Shown here piece by piece: positions 44,212 through 46,415 of a DNA stretch of 46,415 nucleotides (position 1 is the stretch's first letter; each line of letters begins with the position of its first letter). Below the pieces are notes generated by a model, which worked only from the letters and a program-made list of their open reading frames with translations, was not told the origin of the DNA and did no database searches. The position numbers and the translations under genes were made by a program. Origin of the DNA: Desulfobacterales bacterium (GTDB lineage Bacteria > Desulfobacterota > Desulfobacteria > Desulfobacterales > UBA5852); contig JASJCV010000007.1 in NCBI GenBank assembly GCA_030065275.1, positions 1 through 46,415 of the forward strand, read 5' to 3'.

Positions 44212-46260
44212 CTATTCGATGCGACGCCGCCGGCGGAGCGCGGGCACTTCGTTAAAACCCAGCAGGCTGCCGATTTTCTCGGATAGCTGCAGGATGCTGT
44301 ACGGTTTGGAGATAAACCCCAGACAACCCTTGGCGACGATCTCTTCGGCCTGTCTGTTGAAACCATAGCCGCTGGTCAGCAGGACGCGCACATCGGGATC
44401 GATCGACTGCAGACGATCGAAGGTCTCCCCGCCATCCATACCCGGCATGACAACGTCCAGGATGACCAGGTCCACGGCCGTCCGGTGTTCCCCGTAGATC
44501 TCCACGGCGGCCGATCCGGACGGCGCCTCGATGACCTTGTAGCCCAGTTCGCTCAGCCATTCCCGCGTGATTTCGGTGATGAATTTTTCGTCGTCCACCA
44601 CCAGAATCGTCCCTGTGCCGAGGATCGGTTCCTGATGGATGTCCTGGTCCCGTTCCGCCGGCACCTCGGTGGCCGGTAAAAAGATGCTGAATTGCGACCC
44701 CCGCCTCAAACGGCTGGTGACCTTGAAGAAGCCGCCGTGGTTTTTGATGATCCCGTAGGCCGAGGACAGCCCCAGACCGGTGCCGCGGCCCCTTTCCTTG
44801 GTGGTGAAAAAAGGCGTAAAAATTTTCTGCCGGGTGATTTCATCCATGCCGATGCCCGTGTCGATGACCCGGGCTTCGACGTATTGGCCCGGTTTCATGC
44901 CAAAGGGGTGGACCGTCTGGCGATTCAACTTGACGTTGCGGGTGGTCAGGATAAGCTCGCCTCCGCCCGGCATGGCCTGCCAGGCATTGACATATAGGTT
45001 GATCAGGACCTGCTCGATCTGTCCGCTGTCCACATTGACGTTCCAGGACGCCTTGAGGCCGGAGAGGTCGATCTGGATCTCTTTTTTGGTGCGCCCGAAC
45101 ATCCGGGCGGTTTTGTGGATCAGGAAATTCAGGTCCGAAATACGGGTGGAACGCGGCTTGGTGCGGGCAAAATCGAGCAACTGACGCGTCAGCCCCGCGC
45201 CGTTTTGGATATACTGCTCGACATTCCTGAGCTTCTGGTCCAGCGGGTGCCGATTGGGAAGGCGCATGCGCACGAGCGAGACATTACCCTGCATGCCCAT
45301 GAGGATATTGTTGAAGTCATGGGCGATGCCGCCGGCCAGGGTGCCGATGGCCTCCATGCGCTGGGCATGATAGAGCTGGCGCTCTAATTCCTTGAGTTCG
45401 GCCTCCGCCCGTTTGCGCTGGGTGATGTCCCGCAGCATTCCCCGGAAGCCGAGCGGCTTGGCATCGCGGTTGCGCACCAGCGAGGCCGAGATTTCCAGAA
45501 TGACTTTCTGGTTGCCCCGGACCGCCTGGAAGTCCTGGTTGGCAACTGGCATGCCCGTCCGGAAGACCCGGTTGAAAATGCGAAAAAGCAGCCGTGCCGT
45601 GCGCCGCGAGGTGTAGTTCCTGAAATTGGTGAACAGCAGCCGGGATTTTGAAAAGCCGGCAATGCGGCACAGGGGGGTATTGACGAACGTCAGGTTGCCC
45701 TTCAGGTCGACTTCGAAATACCCTTCTTCGATGTTCTCGATGATGGTCTGGTGCTTGATCTCGCTGTCGCGAAAGGCATCTTCCGCCTTTTTGCGGCCGG
45801 TGATATCCACCATGACGCAACGCAGTCCATTGAAAACGCCGTCGGTGACGTTGGGTCGATTGAACGCCTTGACCCAGCAGAATTGATGGCGCTTGTGGCG
45901 AATGCGGTATTCGGTCGCCTTGAGTTGTCCGGCGACGATTTTGGGATAAATCTTCTTCAGGTGCTTGCGGTCATCCGGAAAGATCAGGTCGATAAAGGGG
46001 AGGCCGACGCATTCGTCCGGGCGAAATCCGGTATAGGCGTGAATACTGGGGCTTACATAGACGACGATGCCATTTTTGTTGGTTGCGAAGATGACGGCAT
46101 TGATATCTTCGACCAGATAGCGGAATTTTTCGCGGTCTTTGAGTGTTTTATGAAGCAGGGCCAGGGCCTCATTGAGCCGATGCTCACCGGCGCGGCGCCT
46201 GCTGCGCTCTTCCTCCAAGGCGCGCTGAAGATTCTTAATTTGGCGTGCCTCACCGTCCAT
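44212..46260 (-). CDS. Cytoplasmic hybrid sensor histidine kinase (2 PAS, HisKA, HATPase_c, receiver)
   Basis: PAS-like segments (NGIVVYVSPSIHAYTGF; EGYFEVDLKGNLTFVN). H-box GGIAHDFNNIL, N-box LINLYVNAWQAM, G-boxes DTGIGMD and GTGLGLS. C-terminal REC domain ILVVDDE...DLVILDVVMPGMDG...LTSGY. I saw no TM segment. Confidence 0.9.
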   Translation of the reverse strand: MDGEARQIKNLQRALEEERSRRRAGEHRLNEALALLHKTLKDREKFRYLVEDINAVIFATNKNGIVVYVSPSIHAYTGFRPDECVGLPFIDLIFPDDRKHLKKIYPKIVAGQLKATEYRIRHKRHQFCWVKAFNRPNVTDGVFNGLRCVMVDITGRKKAEDAFRDSEIKHQTIIENIEEGYFEVDLKGNLTFVNTPLCRIAGFSKSRLLFTNFRNYTSRRTARLLFRIFNRVFRTGMPVANQDFQAVRGNQKVILEISASLVRNRDAKPLGFRGMLRDITQRKRAEAELKELERQLYHAQRMEAIGTLAGGIAHDFNNILMGMQGNVSLVRMRLPNRHPLDQKLRNVEQYIQNGAGLTRQLLDFARTKPRSTRISDLNFLIHKTARMFGRTKKEIQIDLSGLKASWNVNVDSGQIEQVLINLYVNAWQAMPGGGELILTTRNVKLNRQTVHPFGMKPGQYVEARVIDTGIGMDEITRQKIFTPFFTTKERGRGTGLGLSSAYGIIKNHGGFFKVTSRLRRGSQFSIFLPATEVPAERDQDIHQEPILGTGTILVVDDEKFITEITREWLSELGYKVIEAPSGSAAVEIYGEHRTAVDLVILDVVMPGMDGGETFDRLQSIDPDVRVLLTSGYGFNRQAEEIVAKGCLGFISKPYSILQLSEKIGSLLGFNEVPALRRRRRIE

Positions 46261-46415
46261 GGCCGCTGGATATCCTTAACTGGTGGCGCTCAACCGCTTG
46301 GTCGCCGTCTGGCATTTATTTCAAAGTCTAATATGACGGTGGATATTTTTCAATAGGTTCAGCATGTTTCACCGGAATACCGTCATCGGCCGCTCTTTGA
46401 TCGGCTTGCGCGTAG

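Noticed and set aside
46364-46415. ATG-initiated + strand reading frame (MFHRNTVIGRSLIGLRV...) running off the 3' edge
   Set aside because: Only 17 codons are visible and there is no clear RBS or motif, so it cannot be supported as a gene.

Overview
GC-rich bacterial chromosomal window. Gene content suggests a strictly anaerobic, Desulfobacterota-type organism, but that is inference only. I call about 30 protein genes. I found no rRNA, tRNA, CRISPR array, transposase or integrase. The core is a complete carbonyl-branch Wood-Ljungdahl module at 24.4-35.3 kb. It reads corrinoid reactivase (RACo/AcsV), CFeSP small subunit AcsD, CODH AcsA/CooS, acetyl-CoA synthase AcsB, CFeSP large subunit AcsC and methyltransferase AcsE, and ends in a strong intrinsic terminator. 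Upstream of this module is an acetyl-CoA hydrolase/transferase-GNAT fusion. Downstream is a ~1390-aa protein that joins a large unrecognisable N-terminal region to a PPDK-type ATP-grasp plus phospho-histidine swivel domain, with no PEP/pyruvate domain. A long divergent GAPDH follows it. I consider this dikinase-GAPDH pair the best candidate for an undescribed system. The rest of the window holds threonine aldolase (partial), two TsaA/TrmO paralogs, RecD2 helicase and two PilZ proteins. It also holds a DUF123/GIY-YIG protein, a sigma-54 enhancer-binding protein and a three-gene alpha/beta-hydrolase/lipase operon. Further genes are USP proteins, an M24B aminopeptidase, a Hanks-type kinase, a quinone oxidoreductase, an SbcCD-like (YhaO/YhaN-type) nuclease/ATPase pair, a CoA-disulfide-reductase-rhodanese fusion and a hybrid histidine kinase. 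Many very long ORFs in the supplied track are antisense shadow ORFs typical of high-GC DNA, and I rejected them. All functional calls rest on motifs I recognised by eye in the translations. No database search was run.
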